Source: Thermoleophilaceae bacterium
GTDB taxonomy: Bacteria > Actinomycetota > Thermoleophilia > Solirubrobacterales > Thermoleophilaceae
DNA: 64,000 bases
Reading direction: 5' to 3'
NCBI GenBank assembly: GCA_036519295.1
Contig: DATDLN010000046.1
Coordinates: forward strand, 606-64,605
The notes below the pieces were generated by a model, which worked only from the letters and a program-made list of their open reading frames with translations, was not told the DNA's origin and did no database searches. Positions 43,609-52,039 of this stretch are shown here, one piece after another. Each line of letters opens with the position of its first letter. Position 1 is the first letter of the stretch. The translations under genes and the position numbers were made by a program.

Positions 43609-44340
43609 ATGGCCAGCGTGGAGGCAACAACGCGCGTCTCCGACAAGCGCCTTCGCGAGCTGCTGGCCCTGGTGCGCGAGCGGAACCCGTTCCGGCGCGA
43701 CCGGATCGCCCCCGAGGCGGGCCTCATGGACGTCCCACCGCTCACCAAACGCGAGCTGGTCGAGGGCCAGGAGCGCCACCGGCCCTTCGGCACGAACCTC
43801 ACTTATCCGCTCGAGAGATACACGCAGCTCCACCAGACGAGCGGCACGACTGGGCCGCCGCTCCGCGTGCTCGACACCGCCGAGGACTGGGCCTGGTGGC
43901 GCGGCCGCTTCGCCCACATGCTGCGGACGGCCGGCGTCGCTCCCTCCGACCGGGTAGGGCTGGCCTACTCCTTCGGGCCGCACGTGCAATTCTGGGCCGC
44001 TATCGAGGGCCTGCAGGAGGTAGGGGCGATGGCGGTGCCGCTCGGCGGCATGACCTCGGTGCAGCGGCTGCAGACGGTCGCGGACATCGGCGCGACGGCC
44101 GTGTGGTGCACGCCCACCTATGCGCTTCGCCTGGCCGAGGTGGCCGTCGAACAGCGGCTCGAAGCCGCGCTCGATTCGGTTAAGCGCCCGATCTGCACCA
44201 GGGGGCTGCAGGAGATCATGCGCCAGCAGCTCGGGCTCCGCGTGCGCATCGTTCCGGTCGTGCCGGGGGTGCTGCCGCGGAGCGACGGGAAGGCCCGCCG
44301 CGTCGTCGACGAGCGGCCGAGCAGATGGACGGAAGAGTGA
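43609..44340 (+). pseudogene. phenylacetate-CoA ligase (PaaK/F390 synthetase)-family gene with a large in-frame internal deletion
   Basis: 243 aa against roughly 430 expected for the family. The N-terminal part is intact (PPLTKRELVE...HQTSGTTGPPLRVLDTAEDW...CTPTYALRLAE). After DSVKRP it jumps to the extreme C-terminal motif (VPGVLPRSDGKARRVVDER). Confidence 0.5.
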
Positions 44341-45050
44341 GCGCCGCAGGGCGAGTGCGCCGCAGCCCTCCCCCGCAGATCCTCGGCGCGAGCGAGCAGG
44401 TGGCGGTCCAGATCCAGCACCACATCCAGCGAGAGGCACTCACTCCGGGCGACTTCCTCGGCCGCGAGGAGGACCTGGCCGCCGAGTTCGGCGTCAGCCG
44501 CCCCACCCTGCGCGAGGCGCTCAAGCTGCTCGCGAGCGGCAACCTGATTCGGGCGAGCAAGGGCCCCGGCGGAGGCATCTTCGTCGCCCATACGGCCGGC
44601 CAGGGCATGAGCCGCAGCCTGAGCGAGGCGATCGCGATGATGCTCGAGACCGGCGCCGTCTCGCTGGAGGAGCTCGTGGACGCGCGCCTCCTGTTCGAGG
44701 TGTCGCTCGCCGGCTTGGCCGCCTACCAGTCGGACGAGGAGACGGTGAAGCGGCTTCGGGAGGCCCTGCGGACCGGGGACGCGCTCGCCGCTAGGGACGC
44801 CGACATCCACCGGACGATCGGCGCGGCCACCGGAAATCGCGTCATCAAGGCGCTCACGGACTGGGTGTTCGAGGTGGCGCAGCCGTCGCTTGACGAGGTG
44901 ATCCAGTCGGCGGTCGTGCAGTCGGCGGTCGCGGAGCAGTACGAGGCGCTCATCGCGGCGATCGAGAAGGGCGACGCGGCGCGCGCCGAGAGGGCGATGA
45001 AGGATCACCTGCTCTACCTGCGGGACGTCCTGAGGATGGTCCGGGAGTGA
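44325..45050 (+). CDS. GntR-family regulator (FCD domain), translationally coupled to pcaHG
   Basis: 241 aa. REEDLAAEFGVSRPTLREALKLLASGNLIRASKGPGGGIFV. An alternative GTG 44337 forms a GTGA overlap with the upstream stop. Its own stop overlaps the pcaH GTG. Confidence 0.85.
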   Translation: MDGRVSAAGRVRRSPPPQILGASEQVAVQIQHHIQREALTPGDFLGREEDLAAEFGVSRPTLREALKLLASGNLIRASKGPGGGIFVAHTAGQGMSRSLSEAIAMMLETGAVSLEELVDARLLFEVSLAGLAAYQSDEETVKRLREALRTGDALAARDADIHRTIGAATGNRVIKALTDWVFEVAQPSLDEVIQSAVVQSAVAEQYEALIAAIEKGDAARAERAMKDHLLYLRDVLRMVRE

Positions 45051-45748
45051 GCCTGATCGGGTATCGGCGCGACGACGCCGAGGTCGATCCTCCCTACCTG
45101 TACCCGGACTACGTGGCCACCCGGACGCGCGCGCCGAAGCGGCCGCTCGTCCCGCTGCCGCACACTCTCTCCGAGATCACGGGACCGGTGTACGGCCACG
45201 AGGACGTCGGCGAGCTCGACCACGACCTCACGCGCCAGCACGACGGTGAGCCGGCGGGCGAGCGAATGATCCTGCACGGACGGGTGGTCGACGGCGACAA
45301 GCGGCCGGTGCGGAACACGCTGATCGAGCTCTGGCAGGCCAACTCGGCGGGCCGCTACCGCCACGAGGTGGACGCGCACCCCGCCCCGCTCGACCCCAAC
45401 TTCAGCGGCGCCGGGCGCTGCCTCACCGACGACGAGGGCCACTACCGCTTCATCACGGTGAAGCCGGGCGCCTATCCGTGGCGAAACCACCCCAACGCGT
45501 GGCGCGCGGCCCACATCCACCTCTCCCTGTTCGGGACGGCGTTCGCCACTCGCCTGGTCACCCAGATGTACTTTCCCGGCGACCCGCTGTTCTTCCAGGA
45601 CCCGATCTTCCTGGCGGTGCGTGAGGAGCGGCACCGCAGGCGCCTGATATCGGAGTTCGATCTCGACAACACGGTTCCGGAGTGGGCGCTCGCCTACAGA
45701 TTCGACATCGTGTTGCGCGGCCGCGAGGCCACCCCGATGGAGGCCTGA
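45047..45748 (+). CDS. pcaH: protocatechuate 3,4-dioxygenase beta subunit
   Basis: 233 aa. IELWQANSAGRYRHEVD...YRFITVKPGAYPWRNHPNAWRAAHIHLSLFG. Confidence 0.9.
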   Translation: MSLIGYRRDDAEVDPPYLYPDYVATRTRAPKRPLVPLPHTLSEITGPVYGHEDVGELDHDLTRQHDGEPAGERMILHGRVVDGDKRPVRNTLIELWQANSAGRYRHEVDAHPAPLDPNFSGAGRCLTDDEGHYRFITVKPGAYPWRNHPNAWRAAHIHLSLFGTAFATRLVTQMYFPGDPLFFQDPIFLAVREERHRRRLISEFDLDNTVPEWALAYRFDIVLRGREATPMEA

Positions 45749-45749
45749 G

Positions 45750-46316
45750 GTGTCGCTCAGTCCCACGCCGTCCCAGACCGTCGGCCCGTTCTTCCACATC
45801 GGGCTGCCCGCCCCGGCGACGACCGAGCTTGTCTCGCCGGACCATGCGGGCGCGGTTCGAATCGTGGGGGTCGTCTTCGACGGGAACGGCGAACCCGTGA
45901 GCGATGCCCTGCTCGAGATCTGGCAGGCGAACTCGGCCGGCCGCTACTCCCATCCCGAGGACCCGCGCGACGAGATCCCGCGCGAGCACGGCTTCAAGGG
46001 CTTCGGCCGCTGCGCGACCGACGCCGAGGGGCGATTCGAGTTCGTGACCGTCAAGCCGGGGCCGGTGCCCGGTCCCGACTCGCGCATGCAGGCCCCACAC
46101 ATCGACGTCTCGGTCTTCGCGCGTGGTCTCTTGAAGCGGCTCGTGACACGCGTCTACTTCCCGGACGAGGCGAAGGCCAACGACGCCGACCCGGTGCTCT
46201 CCATGATCCGCGACCCGGAGGTGCGAGCGACGCTCGTGGCCCGGGAGGAGGACGGGGCGCTCCGCTTCGACATTCACTTGCAGGGTGAGCGTGAGACCGC
46301 GTTCTTTTCGGTCTAG
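45750..46316 (+). CDS. pcaG: protocatechuate 3,4-dioxygenase alpha subunit
   Basis: 188 aa. TPSQTVGPFFHIGL...LEIWQANSAGRYSHPED...FEFVTVKPGPVPG...APHIDVSVFARGLL. Confidence 0.9.
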   Translation: MSLSPTPSQTVGPFFHIGLPAPATTELVSPDHAGAVRIVGVVFDGNGEPVSDALLEIWQANSAGRYSHPEDPRDEIPREHGFKGFGRCATDAEGRFEFVTVKPGPVPGPDSRMQAPHIDVSVFARGLLKRLVTRVYFPDEAKANDADPVLSMIRDPEVRATLVAREEDGALRFDIHLQGERETAFFSV

Positions 46317-46332
46317 CGTCCGCCGCCTACGC

Positions 46333-46776
46333 TTGCCGCTGCGGTGGGGCCGGCGTGTCGCGCTCGGGCCCGGCGCCGCCGTCGGGAAGGGTGTCCGGTT
46401 CGAGCTAGGCCCGCGGGGTCGCGTCACACTGGGCGCCGGGGCGTGGCTCGGAAGCGGCACGCGCGTGGAGGCCGATGGCCCGGTGAGCATCGGGGCGCGC
46501 ACGCTCGTCGGCGCGAGGAGCGTATTCATCGCGGGCGCCGGGATCTCTGTCGGCGACGACAGCGTGGTCGGCGATGAGGCGCTCCTGAGCGACAGGGTGC
46601 GGGTCGGGAGCCGCGTCCGGATCGGGCCCCGCGCCTGCCTGCTGCCCGGAGCGGACGTGGGGGACGGCGGCTTCGTCGGGGTGCGCTCCGTGGTGGAGGG
46701 CCCGGTGGCCCCCGGGAGCAACGTGATCGGCGTGCCGGCCCGGCCTCAGACCGCGGCGCCCAGCAGATCGCGGTAG
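46333..46776 (+). CDS. hexapeptide-repeat (left-handed beta-helix) acyltransferase-like protein
   Basis: Repeating [LIV]G-x4 periodicity: VTLGAGAWLGSGTRVEADGPVSIGARTLVGARSVFIAGAGISVGDDSVVGDEALL...VRIGPRACLLPGADVGDGGFVGVRSVV. High GC3. The start is uncertain (GTG 46285 lies inside pcaG; TTG 46333). The 3' end overlaps the convergent GT4 gene by 31 nt. Confidence 0.5.
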   Translation: MPLRWGRRVALGPGAAVGKGVRFELGPRGRVTLGAGAWLGSGTRVEADGPVSIGARTLVGARSVFIAGAGISVGDDSVVGDEALLSDRVRVGSRVRIGPRACLLPGADVGDGGFVGVRSVVEGPVAPGSNVIGVPARPQTAAPSRSR

Positions 46777-47930
46777 ACGTCGCCGGTCTGGCCCGCCACG
46801 TCGCTCCAGTCGAACAGCAGCACGTGCTCGCTGGCCTCCGTGACCAGCCGGTCGCGGAGATCGTGGTCGGTCAGCACGCGCTCCACCATCGCCGCCAGCG
46901 AGCACGGGTCGCGCGAGCGGAATCGCAGCCCCACGTCCTCGTTCGGCACGACCTCGCGCAGCCCGCCGGTGTCGGCGACGATGCAGGGGCAGCCGGACAC
47001 CATCGCCTCGAGCGCCACCAGCCCGAACGGCTCGTAGATCGAGGGCACCACGCAGAGATCGGCGATCCGGTAGAGCGAGTGCAGCACGTCGTCGCCGATC
47101 CAGCCCAGGAAGGTTCCGTTACGCATGAGGCCGAGCCGGCGCGCCTGACGCTTCAGCTCCTCCTCGTAGGTGCCCGAGCCGGCCACGATGAAGCGCAGCT
47201 TCCGCATCCGGCGGATCAGGCCCGGTAGGGCCTCGAGGGCGAGCTGAAACCCCTTCTCGTACACGAGCCGCCCAACGAGGAGGATCAGCTGCTCGTCCGG
47301 CTCGGCGAAGTGGGAGCGCAGCGTGTCGAGGTCGTCGACCGGCACGGGTTCCGACGGGTCGATGCCGTTTGGGATCACCGAGATCCGGGCCTCGTCGAGG
47401 CCGTAGACGTCCGCCACGTGCCCGCGCATGTAGTGCGAGCAGGTGATCACCCGATCCGCCCGGCGCGCCATCCAACGCTCCACCGCGTGGATATGGGACT
47501 GCGGATGCTTGTTCACCCAGCCCTGATGGCGGCCGTACTCGGTGGCGTGGATCGTGGTGACCCAAGGGCGGCGGTAGCGGTTCGCGAGGTGGTGCCCGGC
47601 TCGCGCCACGAGCCAGTCGTGGCTGTGCACCAGGTCGAAGTCGAAGCGGTCGCCGAGCTCGACGCCCGCGGCGATCATGTCCGCGTTCATGCGCTCGACC
47701 CAGGTCACGAACTCGCCGAGCTCCGTGGGCCGGCGCGCGGTGGCGACTCGGTGCACGACCACGCCGCCACGCTCCTCCTCGTCGGGTAGCGAGTCCTGGC
47801 CGCGCGTGAGCACGTGCACGTCGCAACCCTGGAGCACCAGCTCCTCACAGAGCTTGCGCACGTGGCGGGCAAGGCCGCCCTCGACGATCGGCGGGTACTC
47901 CCAGGAGAGCGTCAGGGCGCGGGCGCTCAT
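46746..47930 (-). CDS. GT4-family alpha-glucosyltransferase (GlgM / Rv3032-type 'actinobacterial glycogen synthase' family)
   Basis: 394 aa. WEYPPIVEGGLARHV..., HSHDW, LVGRLVYEKG, and the E-x7-E region PSIYEPFGLVALEAM. It is the last gene of the glucan cluster. Confidence 0.75.
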   Translation of the reverse strand: MSARALTLSWEYPPIVEGGLARHVRKLCEELVLQGCDVHVLTRGQDSLPDEEERGGVVVHRVATARRPTELGEFVTWVERMNADMIAAGVELGDRFDFDLVHSHDWLVARAGHHLANRYRRPWVTTIHATEYGRHQGWVNKHPQSHIHAVERWMARRADRVITCSHYMRGHVADVYGLDEARISVIPNGIDPSEPVPVDDLDTLRSHFAEPDEQLILLVGRLVYEKGFQLALEALPGLIRRMRKLRFIVAGSGTYEEELKRQARRLGLMRNGTFLGWIGDDVLHSLYRIADLCVVPSIYEPFGLVALEAMVSGCPCIVADTGGLREVVPNEDVGLRFRSRDPCSLAAMVERVLTDHDLRDRLVTEASEHVLLFDWSDVAGQTGDVYRDLLGAAV

Positions 47931-47944
47931 GCCGGGCGGGCAGA

Positions 47945-49876
47945 CTATCCGGCCACCCGCTCCAGCAGCGCCACGCCCCAGTCGGGCAGCGCGAGGCGCT
48001 CGAAGGCCACCCGGGCGGGAAGATCGAGCTCTTCCCCGGTGAGGACGTTGCGCCAGCGGCCGGCGGGAGCCTCGAATCGCGCAGAGTGGCCGTCGGGCCG
48101 AACCGCCGTCGCCGCGAGCACGGCCGGGGGGTCGCCGCGAAGGTATGCGCAGCAGGCCTCGCCGGCCTCAATCGGCGTGTAGGCGCCGGCGAACGTCTCG
48201 GGGCGGCGCGCGCGCAGCGCGAGCGCGCGCTCGATCAGGTGCAGCTTGATCGTCTCGCGCTCCGGAGGGGCACCGGCCCGCAGCTCCCTGAGCGCCTCGC
48301 GGCGGCGGTCCCAGTCCACCGGCCTCCGGTTGTCCGGGTCCACCAGCGACAGCGCCCACAGCTCGTCGCCCTGGTAGATGTCCGACACCCCGCGGGACGT
48401 CAGCTTGAGAAGCGTCTGACCGAGGGCGGAACGCTCGCCGGCGCGGGCGACGCGCTCGGCGAACGGCTCGAGCTCGTCGAGGAAGGCGCGATTCGAGTAC
48501 AGCCCGCGGCACCAGTCGCGCACGCGGCGCTCGTACTCGAGGTCCGGCTCCACCCAGTTCGTGTTCACCTTGGCCTCGCGCAGCGCTTTCTGCACGTACG
48601 CCTCCAGCCGGTCGAGCTCGAGCGGCCAGGCGCCGACCAGCGTCTGGAGGATCAGGTAGCCCTCATTCCAACTCGGCGGCCGGAGCTCGCGCCAGCGGCG
48701 CACGTGGTCGGCCCATTCCCCCGCCATGCCCGCGAGCGCGCCGATGCGGGCCCGCACGTCTCCGCTGCGTTTCGTGTCGTGTGTCTGCGTCACGAGGAGC
48801 CCTCGCGGCGCCCGTTCCAGGCAGCCGGCGTGGAATTGCTCCACGGAGATCCCGAAGCGCGACGGGTCGCCGCCCACCTCGTTCAGCGCGAGCAGCCGGA
48901 TGTAGCGGTAGAAGGCGGTGTCCTCGATGCCCTTGGCCATCACGGCCGGCGTCGTCTGCTGGAAGCGAGTCACGAACTCGCCGCCTGCGAGAAGGACGTC
49001 CCGCAGCGGGTTGCCGGCGAGCGCCTCGCGATCGGCGGCCTCCACCGGAGGGATGTACGTGCGGTACACGGGCAGCGAGGCAAGTGCGCGCTCGAGGTCG
49101 GGGGAGTCGTAGAGGCGCCGCAGCCGCTCGACCTCGGGAACGAACGTGGTCTGGACCTGTTCCAGCTTGGGCGCCACCGGGTCGTATGAGTCCCCGTACA
49201 GCTCGGTGAGAGGCTCCTCGCCGGCCGGGTCGACGAACAGCGCCGCGGCGTCGTTCAAGAACTCGTAGCCCACGGTTCCCTCGACGGGCCAGTCGCGCAG
49301 CCGCTCTCCCGGATCGAGGATCTTCTCGACCCAGACGTGCTCCGCGCCCTCGGCGCGCAGGTGGCGCAGGTAGCCGGCGGGGTCGGCGAGCCCGTCCGGA
49401 TGGTCTATGCGCAGCCCGTACACGAGCCCCTCCCGCACGAGCCGCAGCGCCAGCCGGTGCGTCTCGGCGAACACCTCGGGGTCCTCCTGGCGCACGCCCG
49501 CGAGGTGATCGATGTCGAAGAAGCGGCGATGGCGCCCGGTCGCCGGATCGATGTCGAAGAAGCGCTCGCGGAGCGCGGGATCCGACCAAAAGGGGTTCTC
49601 GTCCGAGGCGGCCATGTGGTTGGGGACGATGTCGAGGATCACGCCGAGGCCGGCTTCGGTAAGCGCACGAAATTCGCGCTCGCCGCCGAGTTCGTCGGAG
49701 ATCCGGGTCGGATCGGTCACGTCGTAGCCGTGCGACGAGCCCGGGCACGCCTGGAACGACGGCGACAGGTAGAGGTGGCTTACACCAAGGTCGCGCAGGT
49801 ACGGGACGAGCGCGCGGGCCGCCGCGAAGTCGAGATCGGTCCCGAGCTGGAGTCGGTAGGTGGCGCGCAGGCTCAC
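47945..49876 (-). CDS. treY: malto-oligosyltrehalose synthase
   Basis: 643 aa. YRLQLGTDLDFAAARALVPYLRDLGVSHLYLSP...HGYDVTDP...ILDIVPNHM...GLRIDHPDGL. Confidence 0.85.
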   Translation of the reverse strand: MSLRATYRLQLGTDLDFAAARALVPYLRDLGVSHLYLSPSFQACPGSSHGYDVTDPTRISDELGGEREFRALTEAGLGVILDIVPNHMAASDENPFWSDPALRERFFDIDPATGRHRRFFDIDHLAGVRQEDPEVFAETHRLALRLVREGLVYGLRIDHPDGLADPAGYLRHLRAEGAEHVWVEKILDPGERLRDWPVEGTVGYEFLNDAAALFVDPAGEEPLTELYGDSYDPVAPKLEQVQTTFVPEVERLRRLYDSPDLERALASLPVYRTYIPPVEAADREALAGNPLRDVLLAGGEFVTRFQQTTPAVMAKGIEDTAFYRYIRLLALNEVGGDPSRFGISVEQFHAGCLERAPRGLLVTQTHDTKRSGDVRARIGALAGMAGEWADHVRRWRELRPPSWNEGYLILQTLVGAWPLELDRLEAYVQKALREAKVNTNWVEPDLEYERRVRDWCRGLYSNRAFLDELEPFAERVARAGERSALGQTLLKLTSRGVSDIYQGDELWALSLVDPDNRRPVDWDRRREALRELRAGAPPERETIKLHLIERALALRARRPETFAGAYTPIEAGEACCAYLRGDPPAVLAATAVRPDGHSARFEAPAGRWRNVLTGEELDLPARVAFERLALPDWGVALLERVAG

Positions 49877-51987
49877 GCGGCTCGCCGCAGGACGAGCACC
49901 GAGCGGGCGACCACGCTTACCTCATCGCGGGTGCGCGCCGAGTAGAGCCCGCGCTCCTGGTCGGGCTCGCCCGTCGACAGCTCGAGCTCCCAGAGCAGGC
50001 CGAAGCGGCGCGACGGCATCCGGAAGGTCACGTCTTCGGCGCTCGCGTTGAAGAGGACGAGGAAGGAGTCGTCCTCCACGCGTTCGCCGTGCTCGCCCGG
50101 CGAGGTGATCTCGCGTCCGTTCAGGAACACGCCCACCAAGTGGCCGTCGGGCCGCTCCCAGTCCCGCCGGGTCATCCGGCGGCCGTCGGGACGAAACCAC
50201 CATGCGTCGGGCGCGCCCGAGCCCATGCGATCCTCACCGGTCAGGAACGCGCGCCGGCGGAACACCGCATGCTCGCGGCGCAGCCTGATCAGGCGGCGCG
50301 CGAACTCCCGCAGGCGGCGCCCGGGCTCGCCGTGGTCCCAGTCGAACCAGGAGATCTCGTTGTCCTGGCACCAGGCGTTGTTGTTGCCTCGCTGGGTGCG
50401 GCCGAACTCGTCGCCGCCGAGCAGCATCGGCACGCCGTGGGACAGCAGCAGCGTCGTGAGGAAGTTGCGCTGCTGGCGCGGGCGCAGGGCATTCACCTCG
50501 GGGTCGTCGGTCTCGCCCTCCACGCCGCAGTTCCAGCTCCGGTTGTCGTTGGTGCCGTCGGCGTTGCCCTCGAGATTGGCCTCGTTGTGCTTCTCGTTGT
50601 AGGAGACGAGGTCGCGGAGGGTGAAGCCGTCGTGCGCCGTCACGAAGTTGATGGACGCGAACGGGCTGCGGCCGTCGGACTCGTACAGATCGCTCGAGCC
50701 GGTGAAGCGGCGCGCGAACTCGGCCGCGCTTGCGTAGCCGCGCCAGAAATCGCGCATCGTGTCGCGGTAGATCCCGTTCCACTCGGTCCACAGGACCGGG
50801 AAGTTCCCGACCTGGTAGCCGCCCGGCCCTACGTCCCAGGGCTCGGCGATCAGCTTGACCTGGGAGAGCAGCGGGTCCTGGTGGATCGTGTCGAAGAACG
50901 CCGAGAGGCGGTCGACGTCGTAGAACTCGCGCGCGAGCGCCGATGCGAGGTCGAAGCGGAAGCCGTCCACGTGGCACTCGGCGACCCAGTACCGCAGCGA
51001 GTCCATGATCAGCCGCAGCACGCTGGGATGAACCGGATTGAGGCTGTTGCCGGTGCCCGTGAAGTCCATGTAGAAGCGCGGCTCGTCGGGCATGAGGCGG
51101 TAGTACGAAGAGTTGTCGACGCCCTTGAACGAGAGCATCGGGCCGAGGTGGTTCCCCTCCGCCGTGTGGTTGTAGACGACGTCGAGGATCACCTCGATGC
51201 CCGCCCGGTGAAGCGCCTTGACCATGCCCTTGAACTCGCGCACCTGCTCGCCGCGCATGCCGGTTGCCGCGTAGCCGGCGTGCGGCGCGAGGTAGCCGAT
51301 CGAGCTGTAGCCCCAGTAGTTGGTCAGGCCGCGTCCGACGAGGAAGCTCTCGTCCACGATGTGATGCACGGGCATCAGCTCCACCGCGGTGACGCCCAGC
51401 GAGGTCAGGTACTCGATCGCCGCCTCCGATGCGAGACCCGCGTAGGTCCCGCGCAGGTCCTCGCGCACGTCGGGGTGGCGCATCGTGAAGCCGCGGACGT
51501 GCGTCTCGTAGATGACCACGTCCGACCAAGGAGTGCCGGGCCGGCGGTCGCCCTCCCAGTCGAAGCCGGTGTCCACCACCACGGAGCGTGGTACGGCGTC
51601 GGCCGAGTCCTCGTCGTCGGCCTCCAGGTCCGCCGTGTCGGTCCCGTCCGGCGTGTAGGGAAAGACGTTTGCGCGGTCCCAGCGGACGGGGCCGTCGATC
51701 GCCTTGGCGTAGGGGTCGATCAGCAGCTTGGCGGGGTTGAAGCGGCGCCCCTCCTCCGGCTCGTAGGGCCCGTGCACCCGGTAGCCGTAGCGCTGGCCGG
51801 GACCGACCCCGGGCAGGTAGCCATGCCAGTTGAACGCGGTGCGTTCGGTCAGCTCCAGACGGCGCTCCTCGTCGAACAGCCACAGCTCGACTCGCTCGGC
51901 GTGCTCGGAGAAGAGCGAGAAGTTCGTGCCCTGTCCGTCCCAGGTCGCCCCCAGCGGGAACGGCCGCCCCGGCCAGATCTCGCTCAC
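49873..51987 (-). CDS. glgX: glycogen debranching enzyme (GlgX/TreX)
   Basis: 704 aa. PFPLGATWDGQGTNFSLFS...WGYSSIGY...ILDVVYNHT...DGFRFDLAS...EPWD...FVTAHDGFTL. GTGA overlap with treY. Confidence 0.9.
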   Translation of the reverse strand: MSEIWPGRPFPLGATWDGQGTNFSLFSEHAERVELWLFDEERRLELTERTAFNWHGYLPGVGPGQRYGYRVHGPYEPEEGRRFNPAKLLIDPYAKAIDGPVRWDRANVFPYTPDGTDTADLEADDEDSADAVPRSVVVDTGFDWEGDRRPGTPWSDVVIYETHVRGFTMRHPDVREDLRGTYAGLASEAAIEYLTSLGVTAVELMPVHHIVDESFLVGRGLTNYWGYSSIGYLAPHAGYAATGMRGEQVREFKGMVKALHRAGIEVILDVVYNHTAEGNHLGPMLSFKGVDNSSYYRLMPDEPRFYMDFTGTGNSLNPVHPSVLRLIMDSLRYWVAECHVDGFRFDLASALAREFYDVDRLSAFFDTIHQDPLLSQVKLIAEPWDVGPGGYQVGNFPVLWTEWNGIYRDTMRDFWRGYASAAEFARRFTGSSDLYESDGRSPFASINFVTAHDGFTLRDLVSYNEKHNEANLEGNADGTNDNRSWNCGVEGETDDPEVNALRPRQQRNFLTTLLLSHGVPMLLGGDEFGRTQRGNNNAWCQDNEISWFDWDHGEPGRRLREFARRLIRLRREHAVFRRRAFLTGEDRMGSGAPDAWWFRPDGRRMTRRDWERPDGHLVGVFLNGREITSPGEHGERVEDDSFLVLFNASAEDVTFRMPSRRFGLLWELELSTGEPDQERGLYSARTRDEVSVVARSVLVLRRAA

Positions 51988-52039
51988 GGCTGAGCCTCCG
52001 CCGAGGCGCGCCGGAGGCGAAGGAGTGAGCGATCAACGC

